From Candidatus Krumholzibacteriia bacterium (GTDB lineage Bacteria > Krumholzibacteriota > Krumholzibacteriia > Krumholzibacteriales > Krumholzibacteriaceae): DNA of 64,000 nucleotides. Below are positions 23,548 to 35,817 of this stretch, one piece after another. Location: positions 1,056,001 through 1,120,000 of the forward strand of contig CAWIIQ010000001.1 of assembly GCA_963836185.1 (NCBI GenBank), read 5' to 3'. Position 1 is the stretch's first letter. Each line of letters begins with the position of its first letter. The notes under the pieces were generated by a model. That model did no database searches. It was not told where the DNA came from and worked only from the letters and a program-made list of their open reading frames with translations. A program made the position numbers and the translations under genes.

Positions 23548-23563
23548 CGGAACGGTTATTGCA
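23548..23563 (+). promoter_or_regulatory. Candidate sigma-54 promoter
   Basis: CGGAACGGTTATTGCA: GG-N10-GC with TTGC. Confidence 0.3.
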
Positions 23564-23681
23564 AAATTCGATTCAGAATGGCCCCAGGGCCTGCAGATAT
23601 TCTGTAACATCAGATTATACAACGGGTTCGGATTTGGATGCCCCGCCGGCCCGGTTGGATTTTGCAACCGGAGGACACGAA

Positions 23682-24182
23682 TTGAGCGAAAAATTGATGC
23701 TTGAACCGAGGGATACCTTCGAATCGAGGGAATTTTACATCAAGGCAGAGGCAAACATTAAAAGAAGCAATTATGCCGACGCCGTGAAATTTCTCGAGCA
23801 GGCGCTGAAGATATCGCCCGAGAATCCCGTCTATCTCTCTACCATGGGACTGTGCGAATCGATGATGGGTGATCCGGTCAAAGGAGAGGAAAAGTGTATG
23901 CTGGCCCTGCAGCTGGCCGGCCGCGAGCGCGATCCGATGCTCTACGTCAATCTCGGACGAGTCGTGCTCGAAAGAGGCGACCGGATGAAGGCGCGGGATT
24001 ACTTCACCAAGGCGTACAGGATGGACAATACCAACGCCCCCGCGGCGCTCGAGCTCTCCCGCATGGGAGTGCGCAAGAAGCCCGTGGTGCCTTTCCTTGG
24101 TCGCAACCACCCGTTGAACAAGTACCTTGGAAGACTCAGGCACCAGCTCAAGGAAAAACGCGCCGGAGAGCTGAAGAAGTAG
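23682..24182 (+). CDS. TPR protein
   Basis: TPR-like helical repeats; GGAGG RBS before TTG. Confidence 0.75.
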   Translation: MSEKLMLEPRDTFESREFYIKAEANIKRSNYADAVKFLEQALKISPENPVYLSTMGLCESMMGDPVKGEEKCMLALQLAGRERDPMLYVNLGRVVLERGDRMKARDYFTKAYRMDNTNAPAALELSRMGVRKKPVVPFLGRNHPLNKYLGRLRHQLKEKRAGELKK

Positions 24183-24261
24183 TAACGTCCGTTGCTTCTT
24201 CCGGCATTATCCCGAGAATTCTCTGGCAACACCGGGCCGTACGACCTTATCATCCCCATGT

Positions 24262-25471
24262 ATGGATACTAACGGCAGATGTATACCCGTGACATTCCGG
24301 ACGGTCTGGATCGCATCGTCGATCCTGATCCCGATCCTCTGCGGCGCATGCGGCGGAAGCGGCAGTGTGCAGGACGTGATGGACTCGGGCTGGGACGAGA
24401 CGAGGCGCGATGCCGATACGCGGATACTGCTTTCTCTGGAGCGCGGCCGTTATGATGAGGTGATCAGGATCGCCGACAGCCTCGAGGCTGCCGAAGGTAC
24501 CGATCCGCGGCTGCAGGGGCAGAAGGCCGAGGCCCTCTGGAGGACGGGCAGTGTGGATGAAGCGGTATCTCTCTTCGAGGAGTCGCTTCTTGCCGACTAC
24601 GCTGTCTGCGAGACGCACCTGAATTTCGCAGTCTGTCTTCTCGAGAATGGAAAGACCGGACGGGCGCTTACCGAACTGAACGAGGCGAAGATGTTCTGCG
24701 GCCTCGAAAACACCCCGGTGATAAACAGGAACCTTGCCGTTGTGAGGATAAAGATGGGTGAGGAGGAATCGGCGCTCGCTGTCGTCGACGAGGGGCTCGA
24801 ATACGCTCCGAACGATTCGTACCTGCTCGGGTTGAAGGGGATGCTCATCGCCGATGCCAACCCGGTCCTCGCCGAGACTCTCTTCGTCAAGTCTGAGCGT
24901 GAGGGGGGGATGACTCCCGATTTCCTTTACCAGCTCGGGCTCCTGATGCTGAGGAGCAGCCAGCCGTCGCGCGCGGTCAAACCTCTGGAGGAAGCGCTGG
25001 CGGCGGATCCGACCGACCTTGAGGTCAAGTTCAACTACGCGGAGGCGCTGGCAAGATCGGGAAAGACAGAACAGGCCGAAGCGGTCCTCAGGGAGATGCT
25101 CGGCGGGGCGTATGAGGAGAAGGCCTTGAAAAGCCTTGCCCGCCTGATCTATCGAAAGGGTGAATACGCTGAGGCTCTGGGCCTCTTTCGCGACTCTCCC
25201 GGAGACTCCCGAGAACCTCGACCGGGTCGCGATGTGCCTTCACAGACTGTCGCGCACCGAAGAAGCGATCGTGATCCAGAGGACGGTCGTCGATGAGAGA
25301 CCCGACTGGCCGACCGGCCTTATCAATCTCGCGGTAATGCTCGCTTCGACGGGTGAACTGGACGAGTCGGAGAGGCTGCTGATGAGAGCTCTCGAACTCG
25401 ATCCCGAGAACGTGACAGCCCTGGTCAATCTCGAAAGCCTCAGGGAGGCGCGAGACAAAAGCGGCCGCTGA
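24262..25471 (+). CDS. Exported TPR protein; frameshift ~25190
   Basis: Multiple TPRs continue into the 25160-25471 frame. Confidence 0.75.
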
Positions 25472-25704
25472 AGCCCTTTTATCCCCATGAGTAGATGCAC
25501 TCATTCCTGGCATCGGGCCCGCGCCCGGGCCGAAGCGGCAATATCGGCCCCTCGGGGTGCCTGGTGCCTGATAGGGGGCGTAAATAATAAAAAACCATTG
25601 TTATTCACCTCCCCTGTCTTATAGTATGCTTTGTCGAACAGGAAACAATCCTCCTCCGGCTGACGTAAGATGAAGTGAGGATTCCAAAAGCGGAGGTAGA
25701 CATC

Positions 25705-26134
25705 ATGTACTGCCAGCATTGCGGTAAAGAAGCGAGTGAAGAGAAGCGCGTACTGCGAAAACTGCGGCAGGCCCCTTGCGAAGGAGCAGCCAGCGGGCCG
25801 GAAGCTGTACGCATATGAACTGACCCGTCTCACCGTCCCCGAGGAGACGAAAAATCCCGGGGTCGCTGCGTCGCTCGGTTTCTTTCTCGGCTGGATACTG
25901 CTCGGGCCGGTCGGCTACATCTACCTCGGTCAATGGAACTGGTTCTGGCTTACCTTCGTGATCCAGATCTTCGCCATCCCGCTCACCGCGGGTGTGGCGT
26001 ACATCCTCCTTCCCGTGATCTTCGCTATCCATCAGTACCAGATGGCGAAGGAGCTGAACGAGATGGTCGCTGACGCCAGAGAAGGCAGGCAGGACGGTCT
26101 CGATGACGACATGCCGGCTATCATGGAGGAATGA
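25705..26134 (+). CDS. Zinc-ribbon membrane protein; frameshift near 5' end
   Basis: MYCQHCG...YCENCG joined across frames; TM segment; GGAGG RBS. Confidence 0.7.
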
Positions 26135-26149
26135 GGAGAGGATGAGCTC

Positions 26150-27096
26150 TTGGATCGCAATCTGGCCCTTGAGCTGGTCCGGGCGACCGAGGCGGCGGCG
26201 CTGGCTTCCGCCCGTCTGCTCGGTAAAGGGCGATCCCATAGCCGCCGACAGGGCGGCCGCCGCGGCGATGGCCCTCGCGATCAGGGGAATAAAGATCACC
26301 GGACATGTGATCATCGGCGAGAGGGACGAGATCCCCGACGCCGTTCTGCGCCGTGGAGACGTTGTCGGCTCCGGCGAGGAGCCCGAGGTCGATATAGCGC
26401 TCGATCCGCTCGAAGGGATGGGCTCTCTCGCGGACGGACAGGGAAACGCGATCTCCGCCGATTGCCATCGCCCCGAGGGGATCCTTCAGGCATTTCAACT
26501 CGAGATATATGAGAAAGATAGCGGTAGGCAGAGACGCGGCGGATGCATCGACCTGGGCATCTCCGTCTTCGATCAGCTCGTAAGGATAGCCGAGGCGAAG
26601 CGGGTATATGTAGAGGATCTCACCGTGGCGATCCTCAAGAGGGAAAGACACGACGATACTTATAGATGAAGTGAGGCGCACCGGCGCCAGGATAGAGCTC
26701 GTACGGGACGGGGACCTCGCCGCGGCCTTCGCCGCAGTGCTGCCCGGCACGGGCATAGATGTAGCGCTCGGGACGGGGGATACCCGCCAGGGTATCATAA
26801 CCGCGGCGGCGATGGCCTGCCTCGGAGGAGGCTTCCAGGGTGAGCTGGTCAGGGAGGAAGGCGGGCCGGCAGATGACGACGGCGACTACGAAAGGATCTT
26901 CGGGATCGACGACCTCGCCGGCGGAAGCAATATCATGTTCGCGGTGACCGGCGTTTCGAGATGCCCTTTCCTCGAGGGAGTGAACTTTCGTCCAGGGGGC
27001 GCGGTGACCAACAGCCTCGTGCTGCGAAGCAAGAGCGGCACGCTGAGGTTTCTGCGTACCGAGCATTTCTTCGACAAGGAACCTGACTACACCTGA
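26150..27096 (+). CDS. glpX: Class II fructose-1,6-bisphosphatase; several frameshifts
   Basis: MDRNLALELVRATEAAAL, IGERDE, DIALDPLEG, RSKSGTLRF. Confidence 0.85.
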
Positions 27097-27137
27097 TCGA
27101 GTGACCGGGCGGACCATGACCGGCCGCGGACAATCCG

Positions 27138-28461
27138 ATGGACGATCTTTTTTCAGCGGAAACCCCTTCTCCGCTCGCCGAGCGCATGAGGCCGAGGACC
27201 CTCGACGAGTTCTTCGGACAGAGCGATGTCGTAGGCGAGGGCAAGATCCTCAGGCGGATGCTCGAGCAGGGCTCTCTCGAATCTTCGCTGATATTCTGGG
27301 GGCCTCCGGGATGCGGCAAGACGACTCTCGCGCATATCATCGCCGAAAAGGTCGACGCGAATTTCGTCTTCTTCTCGGCCGTCACCTCCGGGATAGCCGA
27401 CGTCCGCAGGATAATGGGAGAAGCAGGGCAGAGGCTCTCCTATAACGGTCGACGCACGATCCTCTTCGTCGACGAGATCCACAGGTTCAACAAGGCTCAG
27501 CAGGACGCTTTTCTTCCCCATATAGAGAGCGGGACGATAATCCTGATAGGCGCGACGACGGAGAATCCCAGCTTCGAGGTGATATCGCCCATTGCTGTCA
27601 CGCTGCAGGGTGTTCGTCCTCAAGCTGCTCGGCGAGGACGACATCGCGGGGATAGTTCGCGCGGCGCTCGATGATGTCGAGCGAGGATACGGGAAGAGAA
27701 AGATCGATGCCGACAGCGAAGTCCTCGGATACCTCGCACATCTGGCAAACGGCGATGCGAGGACGGCGCTCAACGCGCTCGAGATGTCGATAGCCTCGTT
27801 CCCCGGCTCCGGGCCGGTGACGCTGACGCGCGATTCTGTCGAGGAGGCCGTCCAGAAGAGGAGCATCCTCTACGACAAGAAGGGCGAGGAACATTTCAAC
27901 ATCATATCGGCCCTTCACAAGAGCCTGCGCGGGGGGGATCCCGACGCGGGACTCTACTGGCTCGCCAGGATGATCGAGGCGGGAGAGGACCCGATGTATG
28001 TCGTGCGCCGCCTCGTAAGGTTCGCGTCGGAGGATGTCGGGAACGCCGATCCACAGGCCCTACAGGTCACGCTCGGCGCGATGGAGGCCGTACGGTTCAT
28101 CGGCCTGCCCGAGGGGAAGCTCGCTCTCGCCCAGGCTGTCACATACCTCGCGCTCGCACCGAAGAGCAACGCGCTCGAGAAGGCATACATCGCGGCGGCA
28201 AAGGATGTGGAGGAACACGGTCCCATGCCCGTCCCCCTCTGGATCAGGAACGCGCCGACCAGGCTGATGAAGGACCTCGGGTACGGGGAAGGGTATGACT
28301 ATCCCCACGAGGATCCCGACGCAGTCGTCTCCCAGGAATATTTCCCCGAAGGGATGGAGGGAAGGAGATATTACGAGCCTGTCGAGCGTGGATTCGAGAG
28401 AGAGATGATAAAAAGGCTCGAGTACTGGAGGCGCCTGCGCGATAAGAAGAAAGAGGAGTGA
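27138..28461 (+). CDS. rarA: Replication-associated recombination protein A; frameshift ~27590
   Basis: [39 protein letters not shown]. Confidence 0.92.
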
Positions 28462-28684
28462 AATCGGAAAAATAGTGTAAACACCCTACGTATATAGAAG
28501 TTGACACCTGGTCTCAACTATCCTCACGAGCTGTAAAGAAACCTTACGAACGCAAAACTAATGTCCTTATAAATGTACAATCTTGACTTTTATAGCGATA
28601 TATGTAATAATTTGACTTGTTAGAGTGCGTTTCTAAATATCGGTTCGTGAATGGGGCATACTTCTTCGGAGGAGCGACATCGTT

Positions 28685-29676
28685 ATGTTCAGGAAGCCCC
28701 TTCTTATCCTGTCTATATTTATACTGACGGTTGTAATGATTATTCCTTCCGGGGAGGCGAACGCCCAGTGCTTCGGCTCGCTCATGCTGTCCCCCGGATT
28801 CTTCGAGTTCGACTACCTTGTCAGGCTGGCCGTCCATTTCGGCAGCGCCGAAGATATTCCCACAGACATCATATGCAGCAGGGGCAGGATACCCGGCGAA
28901 GATATAATCGAGGTCCCGATCTGGTTCTATAATGTCCACGAGGGAGTGACCTATCTCGAGTTCGCGGTGGAGTCGAACGACAGCATCGTCGGATTCACTC
29001 CTGAAAGCTGCATTTCGATCGTTCACGAGACGATCGTGAAGCTCAAGGGCGGCATATTCAATCACAGTATCAAGCTGGATGCCTGCATGCCGCTGTGCGG
29101 CCCCGGGCTTGCGGGGTACGCGCTTATCAAGCCGGCCGAGGGATTCGGAGCTTACCTGGATAAATCTCGTAGAGAACAGGCATTCGGACAGGATGTACGC
29201 CAGTGACAGGCTGTATAACAGGCATGACATGTTTTCGCCTCACCACGGCGGGTATGTCGGTACGAGTTTTCTCTATACCTGCCAGAGGCCGATATGCGAA
29301 GAGCCGAACCTGCCCGTCGTCGATCTCGACGCGACAGCGGGATACGGACATTGCAGTCAAGCTCACCTGGATCGCAGGCGAAGGTAATACGACCGTGATC
29401 AGGGCGGGGGAAGACGGGTTCCCGACCGGTTATGGCGATGGACGCCTCGTAGTCGAGATGCCGAGCACGTACGGCCAGCGGCTGTACTATTACGACACCG
29501 CCGCTCCGCAGGGCGCGATCCTTTATTACAAGGCATTCTCACTTACAATGGATACTTCCGGCGAGGTGCTCGATGATTCGTTCGTCGAGTGCGCCGCGAC
29601 GGATACGACATTCACGCACGGATTCATCGCGACGGAAGAATCGAGCTGGGGCGCGATCAAGAAGATCAAGAAGTAG
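28685..29676 (+). CDS. Secreted hypothetical protein with C-terminal SWGAIK tail; frameshifted
   Basis: Signal peptide; three overlapping ORFs chain into one; ends ATEESSWGAIKKIKK. Confidence 0.6.
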
Positions 29677-29716
29677 ATGACAGGCTGCTGACGGGAATCC
29701 GCACTCCACATATGAG

Positions 29717-29750
29717 AAAAACGGCCGAAGCCCTCCGAGGCCGTTTTTTT
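29717..29750. terminator. Bidirectional intrinsic terminator
   Basis: AAAAACGGCC...GGCCGTTTTTTT between convergent genes. Confidence 0.7.
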
Positions 29751-29763
29751 ATGTCCTCGCCGT

Positions 29764-30456
29764 TCAGCTCATACCCGACTCGATCATCACCTCGAGAAGG
29801 GTGCCCAGCCCAGGCAGGTGCAGGTCGGCCCCGGCGATCGGGACGCCGGCGGTGACCGCCGTCTCGACTACGATGACCTTCATCTCAGCGGCGTGAGCGC
29901 TGATGACGCCCTTCTCGGCATCCTCGATGGCAAAGCATCTGGCCGGCTCGAGGCCGAGTCTCCCGGCGGCAAGAAGGTAAGGTTCGGGGAAAGGCTTTAT
30001 CTTCCCGGAGTCATCTTTTCCCACGACTGTCTCGAAGAGATGACCGATCTTGTGAGCATCGAGCAGAGCATTTACATCATGGCTGTACGATCCTGACGCG
30101 ATGGCGGTCCTGAGGCCCGAACTTCCGAACAGCTCGACGATCCGTACCGCCTCGGGGAAGAGAGGTATCTCGCCTCTCCTGCAATAGGAGGAATAGACGG
30201 GGTCCTTCTCCGCCCGTATATCGGCGGGATCGAGGTCGAGCCCGTATCTGCGTATCTCACCCTCCGCGCCTCCGCCCTTCGAGGTCCATTCCACCCAGTA
30301 CTCCTCGCGGTCTATCGTATGGCCCTTTCCCGAGAAGACCTCAGAATATGCCCTGTAGTGAAAAGGCTCGGAGTCGACGATCACGTTGTCGAAATCAAAG
30401 ATGACCGCATCGGCGCCGTCGACTATCTGTCGGAAGACCTCAATATTGCCGCTCAA
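29764..30456 (-). CDS. HAD-family phosphatase
   Basis: FDFDNVIVDSE, KPFPEPY, EDAEKG. Confidence 0.88.
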   Translation of the reverse strand: MSGNIEVFRQIVDGADAVIFDFDNVIVDSEPFHYRAYSEVFSGKGHTIDREEYWVEWTSKGGGAEGEIRRYGLDLDPADIRAEKDPVYSSYCRRGEIPLFPEAVRIVELFGSSGLRTAIASGSYSHDVNALLDAHKIGHLFETVVGKDDSGKIKPFPEPYLLAAGRLGLEPARCFAIEDAEKGVISAHAAEMKVIVVETAVTAGVPIAGADLHLPGLGTLLEVMIESGMS

Positions 30457-30605
30457 ATCGCTCTCCTTCCGGCGCCCCGATATCAGGGCTTGACCTTGAT
30501 ATCATCAGATATTAATCTCTCGCGGTAATGTAGCATCAGGCGGCCACCGATACAAGCGACCACTGCGGTGGCCATGCCTTCGCACAATGGAATCCTCGGG
30601 AGAAG

Positions 30606-31067
30606 ATGAGCGGTCAGGTCTTCAGGATAACAGAGTTGAATCCGACACTCGAGATGGAGATAGCCGGACTGCTCGAATCGGAACGCCTGGAAAACAGGTA
30701 CGCCCCGGGATGCGACCTGTTCGGAATATTTGACTCCGACGGGTCACTGGCCGGCATCACGGGTTCAAGAGAGTTCAAAACGGAATGCCTCTTGCAGTTT
30801 GTGGCGGTGAATGAAGATGAGAGGGGAGAGGGCAAAGGGACCGGGCTGGTAAGCAGGGTCCTCGCATACGCTTCGGGAAGGTGCAGCAGGGTATGGTTGC
30901 TCGCGCTGCCGGGATCAGAGGGGTATTTTGAGAGGTTCGGGTTCGAACCCGCCACGACAGACAGGCTGCCTGAGCGGATAAGGGACTCGAAGGAAGTAGC
31001 CGGGATCGAGATCGCCTCGACAAAGGTGATGACACTGAGGCTGCCGGACAGCTGGCAGGCTATCTGA
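30606..31067 (+). CDS. GNAT acetyltransferase
   Basis: RGEGKG motif A, YFERFGF. Confidence 0.8.
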   Translation: MSGQVFRITELNPTLEMEIAGLLESERLENRYAPGCDLFGIFDSDGSLAGITGSREFKTECLLQFVAVNEDERGEGKGTGLVSRVLAYASGRCSRVWLLALPGSEGYFERFGFEPATTDRLPERIRDSKEVAGIEIASTKVMTLRLPDSWQAI

Positions 31068-31073
31068 TATACG

Positions 31074-31856
31074 ATGGGAAAACCGATGATAGACGAATAC
31101 AGCGGCTGGCCATTCACGATCTCCGCGGCGAGCGACCGCGGCTCGGTGAGGGAGAGGAACGAGGATTACTACGGCATCTTCGATCCCGAGACCGAGAAGG
31201 TGCGCGAGTCGAGAGGGGTCCTTGTCGTGGTAACGGACGGGATGGGCGGACATTTCTCCGGTGAGGAAGCGAGCAGGATGGTCGTCGAGGTGATGGGCGA
31301 CATCTATTACGCTGATTCTGAAAAGAAAAAGGACGCGGTCGAGACACTGGACCTCGCGTTCAGGGAGGCGAACAGGCGAGTCTTCAATCATGTGGGCAAC
31401 GGCAGGAATGGGACTGCCGGAACGACATGTACCGCGGTCGCGCTTTTCCCCGACAGCTACAATATTGCCCATGCCGGTGACTCGCGGGCCTACCTGGTCC
31501 GTGATGGAAAGATCGAGCAGCTCACCAGGGACCACAGCCTCGTAGGGGAGATGGTCGAGAAGGGGCTGATCGACAGGGAAGAAGCGGTCAAGCACCCTCG
31601 CCGCAACGTGCTCACCCGGGCAGTCGGGCTGAGGCACGAAGTGGCCCCGGATATCGAAAAGGGGATCTCGTTCAGGGAGGGCGACAAGATACTGCTCTGC
31701 TCCGACGGATTGTTCTCGATGGTCCCGGAAGATGAGATCGGATCGATAGTCGAGCGGAACGCCCCGAAGGAAGCATGCGGAAAACTCGTTGAAGCCGCCA
31801 TCTCATACGGCGGTGATGACAACATCACTGTCGTTGTCATCCACAAGGGCAAGTGA
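31074..31856 (+). CDS. PP2C/Stp1 Ser/Thr phosphatase
   Basis: NED, DGMGGH, GDSRAY, CSDGL, GGDDNIT. Confidence 0.92.
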   Translation: MGKPMIDEYSGWPFTISAASDRGSVRERNEDYYGIFDPETEKVRESRGVLVVVTDGMGGHFSGEEASRMVVEVMGDIYYADSEKKKDAVETLDLAFREANRRVFNHVGNGRNGTAGTTCTAVALFPDSYNIAHAGDSRAYLVRDGKIEQLTRDHSLVGEMVEKGLIDREEAVKHPRRNVLTRAVGLRHEVAPDIEKGISFREGDKILLCSDGLFSMVPEDEIGSIVERNAPKEACGKLVEAAISYGGDDNITVVVIHKGK

Positions 31857-31866
31857 CTCCCGAAAA

Positions 31867-32569
31867 TCAGAAGACAACGTTAAAGGCAGCGCCGAGCGCC
31901 GCCTGGCCATCGTAATCGAGCTCGACGAAGATATGGTAGTCGTCGGTCAGCCAGATCTTCGTCCCGCCCCGCAGCAGCAGATTCATATCGGCCGAATCGC
32001 CCTCATCTCCGCACGGCCAGGAGTCCGGTCTGATTTCATCGCAGCTTCCCTTCGCGAAAAAATACTGGCCGATGAATCCGACCGATCCGTAAGGCTCGAA
32101 CCTGACCTTCATCCCGGGATCTATCATGCCGCTGACCATGAAAGCAGCAGTGACGATCCCCCTGCTGTACCCGGAGCCGCCGAGCCACCCCAGAGAAATG
32201 TCGGCTGAGAGGTCGAGCATGTTGGAGGGGGAGTCGCTGATTATGTAGAACTTGTAGTCCGCGCCCAGCCCGTAGTTGTCGATCTCCTCTGCGCGGGCGT
32301 ACCCGAACTGCAGTCCGAGATCGCTTCCTCCCGTGATGAGAAAACGCGTCGCGATACCGGTGCTGAACCTCCAGCCCCCGCCCGAGACGAAGACGGCTCC
32401 CTCGCCGAGAGGGGAGATTGCCGCTGTAGTGTACTGTCCGAATACCTGTGCAATGAGCAGGGGAAGGGATAAGCGCCGCCGCGATCAGAACGGCAATCAC
32501 TACGCAGGCTGCCGTATGTACAGCTGCCCCGGATCCGCTCCTGCTGACCTGTCCCGACCTATCGTTCAT
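31867..32569 (-). CDS. Probable outer-membrane protein; frameshifted
   Basis: Signal-like N-terminus; fragments in three frames; terminal Phe. Confidence 0.45.
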
Positions 32570-32726
32570 CAAATCAATCTTTCCAGGAAACATCTCTCCC
32601 ACCTCGTCTCTGTGCTTCAGCCCGGGGCATAGTACCATATATTTCGCCTGCCCGCGACCGCTTTTATGCATCAACTACATTTTTAAATACTGCGTAAGCA
32701 CCTGTATAATATTGTTTTAACGACTG

Positions 32727-32735
32727 TTATCCACA
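32727..32735 (+). promoter_or_regulatory. DnaA box
   Basis: Perfect TTATCCACA upstream of nrdJ. Confidence 0.55.
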
Positions 32736-32775
32736 AAAGGAACATAATCAGCGTGACGGGTAAAAAGCAGTTGAC

Positions 32776-32823
32776 GCCCAAAATGTAGTATGCGATATTT
32801 GCACTTGCCCCAAGATATGGCGT
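32776..32823 (+). promoter_or_regulatory. Tandem NrdR boxes overlapping the nrdJ promoter
   Basis: GCCCAAAATGTAGTAT (32776) and CCCCAAGATATGGCGT (32808), 32 bp apart, resembling acaCwAtATaTwGtgt; TTGACG at 32771. Confidence 0.7.
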
Positions 32824-32888
32824 CAGGGGGGCAAACAGGGTGAAGATGCTTCGACATAGGTAAATTATTACATATACAGGGGGTTAAC

Positions 32889-35157
32889 ATGTCTTCGGCT
32901 CGTCTCGAACCACGGATTTCCAACAACGCTCTCAGAGTGCTCGAGAGAAGGTATCTGCGCAAGGACGTTAACGGAAATCTGACAGAGACGCCGGAAGAAC
33001 TCTTCCAGCGGGTCGCGGCGAATATCGCCTCGGCCGAGAGGCGTTACGGTGACAACAAGAACCGCCTGGGCTGGGAAGATACGTTCTATAACATGATGGC
33101 CACCCTCGATTTTCTGCCCAATTCGCCGACCCTGATGAACGCCGGCGCCGAGCTCCAGCAGCTCTCCGCCTGCTTCGTCCTTCCGATCGAGGACTCGATG
33201 GAGAGCATCTTCGAGACGATCAAGAACACGGCGCTGATCCACAAGAGCGGAGGAGGCACGGGATTCTCCTTCTCGCGCATCCGCCCGAGGAACGACCGGG
33301 TCAAGACGACCAAGGGCATCTCGAGCGGGCCGATCTCGTTCATGACGGTCTTCGACGCCGCCACCGAAACGGTAAAGCAGGGCGGCACGCGCAGGGGCGC
33401 CAACATGGCGATCCTTCGCGTCGACCATCCCGACATCCTCGATTTCATCACGGCGAAGAAGGACAACAGAAAACTCAACAACTTCAACATCTCGGTCGCC
33501 ATCACCGAGGAATTCATGGAGGCGGTCAAGGCTGACCGCGACTATGAGCTGATCAATCCGCACGGCGGCGATGTCGTCGACAAGATATCAGCGAAGAAGG
33601 TCTACCAGATGATCGTCGAGCTCGCGTGGAAGAACGGCGAGCCGGGGATCGTTTTCATAGACAGGCTCAACGAGGATAATCCGACGCCCAACGCGGGGAT
33701 GATAGAGAGCACGAATCCCTGCGGGGAGCAGCCGCTTCTTCCATACGAGTCGTGCAATCTCGGTTCGATAAACCTGTCGCACATGGTCACGGAAGACGGG
33801 CGACAAGTCGAAGATCGATTTCAACAAGCTCGGCGAGACGGTGCGCAGGGCGACGCGGTTTCTCGACAACGTGATCGACGTGAACCGCTACCCGCTCAGC
33901 CAGATCAAGGATCAGACACTTGCCAACCGCAAGATCGGCCTCGGCGTCATGGGATTCGCCGACGCTCTCGTCAGGATGGAGATCCCCTACGACTCGGAGG
34001 AGGCCCTCGAGGTCGCCGAAGAGATCATGGGATTCATCCAGCGCGAGTCGACCGCGACGAGCCTGGAGCTGGCCGAAGAAAGGGGAGCCTTCCCCAACTT
34101 CAAGGGCAGCAGGTTCGATACTGAGGATGCGCCGAAGCGCCGCAACGCGACGACGACGACGATCGCTCCGACCGGCACGCTGAGCATCATCGCCGGGTGC
34201 TCGAGCGGTGTCGAGCCTCTCTTCGCTGTAGCCTTCATCAGGCATGTCATGGACAACGATGAGCTCGTCGAGGTAAACCCGGTCTTCGAGGAGATCGCCC
34301 GCCGCGAGGGATTCTTCAGCGAAGAGCTGATGAAGAAGATCGCCGAGGAGGGGACCGTTCAGGGGATAGAGGAGATACCCGAGCATTGGCGGCGTATCTT
34401 CGTTACCGCGCATGATATCACGCCCGAGTGGCACATCCGGATCCAGGCAGCCTTCCAGAAATACACCGATAATGCCGTATCCAAGACGGTGAACTTTCCG
34501 AAGTCCGCCACTAAGGAAGACGTCGAATCAGTGTACATCAAGGCGTACGAGATGGGCTGCAAGGGCGTGACAATATACCGTGACGGAAGCCGTCAGGAGC
34601 AGGTCCTCAACATAGGCTCTGTCAACCGCGAGACCGAAGACGGCGAACTCGAGCTGGGCGATGATCTGGGCGGACTGCTCAAGCCGAGGCCGCGTCCCGA
34701 GGTGACGACCGGCAAGACCCACAAGATGACGACGGGCTGCGGAAACCTCTACGTGACGATCAACGAGGACGAGCACGGCCCGTTCGAGGTCTTCACGCAG
34801 ATGGGCAAGGCGGGCGGATGCTCCGCCTCGCAGTCGGAGGCGATCAGCCGGCTGATATCTCTTTCGCTGCGCGCCGGAATCGATCCGAAGCAGATCGTCA
34901 AGCAGCTCCGCGGGATCAGGTGCCCCAACCCGGGATGGGAGAAGGGCGGCATGATCCTCTCGTGCAGCGACGCGATCGCCAGGGCGATCGAGCGGTACTT
35001 CCTCGAGGAGAAGACCCCGGTCGGCCACAAGGTCACCAAGATGTCGGCGGGATACCTCGACAAGGTCGCCGGCTTCTGCCCCGACTGCGGCGGCGTGATG
35101 GAGCACGAGGGAGGCTGCGCGGTCTGCCGCGAATGCGGCTTCTCCAAGTGCGGCTAA
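32889..35157 (+). CDS. nrdJ: Class II (B12-dependent) ribonucleotide reductase with TSCPD/zinc-ribbon C-terminus; frameshift ~33805
   Basis: [34 protein letters not shown], terminal CxxC pairs. Confidence 0.93.
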
Positions 35158-35170
35158 AGGAATTCCATGC

Positions 35171-35740
35171 ATGAAAAACAGGAATTGTAGGGGTCATTCA
35201 TAATGGCCCCCGTCCCCGTCGTCCTTGTCGCCTGCGCTCACGAGGAGCTCGGCCGAAACCTCCTGACGATAGCATGGACGCGGAATCGACTGCTCCGATC
35301 CCGCGACCGTCCATGTCTCGATAAGGCCCGAAAGACACTCCTACAGGATGATCTCCGAATCAGGATGTTTCACCGTGAACATTCCGACACTCGATATGAC
35401 TGAGACAGTCGACCTGTGCGGAGTGATATCGGGCAGGGATGTCGCTGATACTGAGGGAGACAAATTCGACAGGGCAGGCCTGACAGCCCTTCCCGCAAAG
35501 ATCATAAAGGCCCCCCTCGTCGCCGAGTGCCCGGTAAACCTCGAGTGCGAGGTAAAGAATGTAATCCCCGTCGGCGTCCACCACATGTTCATAGGCGAGG
35601 TAGTCGCAAAGCACGCCGACAGCGAGGTCCTCACCGACGGCAAACTCGATTTCTCGAAGATCCCCCTTGTAACGTACGTTAACGGCGAGTACTGGTCCCT
35701 CGGAAAGCCAGTCGGAACTTACGGTTTCTCGAAAAAGTAA
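35171..35740 (+). CDS. Flavin reductase-family protein; frameshifted
   Basis: PVPVVLV, FTVNIP, ECPVNLEC, HHMFIGEV. Confidence 0.8.
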
Positions 35741-35817
35741 TGACAGGAGGAAGGACAGGCGATAAAATATAGAAAATAATGCTCCGGTTGCCATGGGTGG
35801 GGAAAGGAAGTGACGAC

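Noticed and set aside
33780-33850. Intron or intein in nrdJ
   Set aside because: The two halves join with a one-base shift and no extra sequence.
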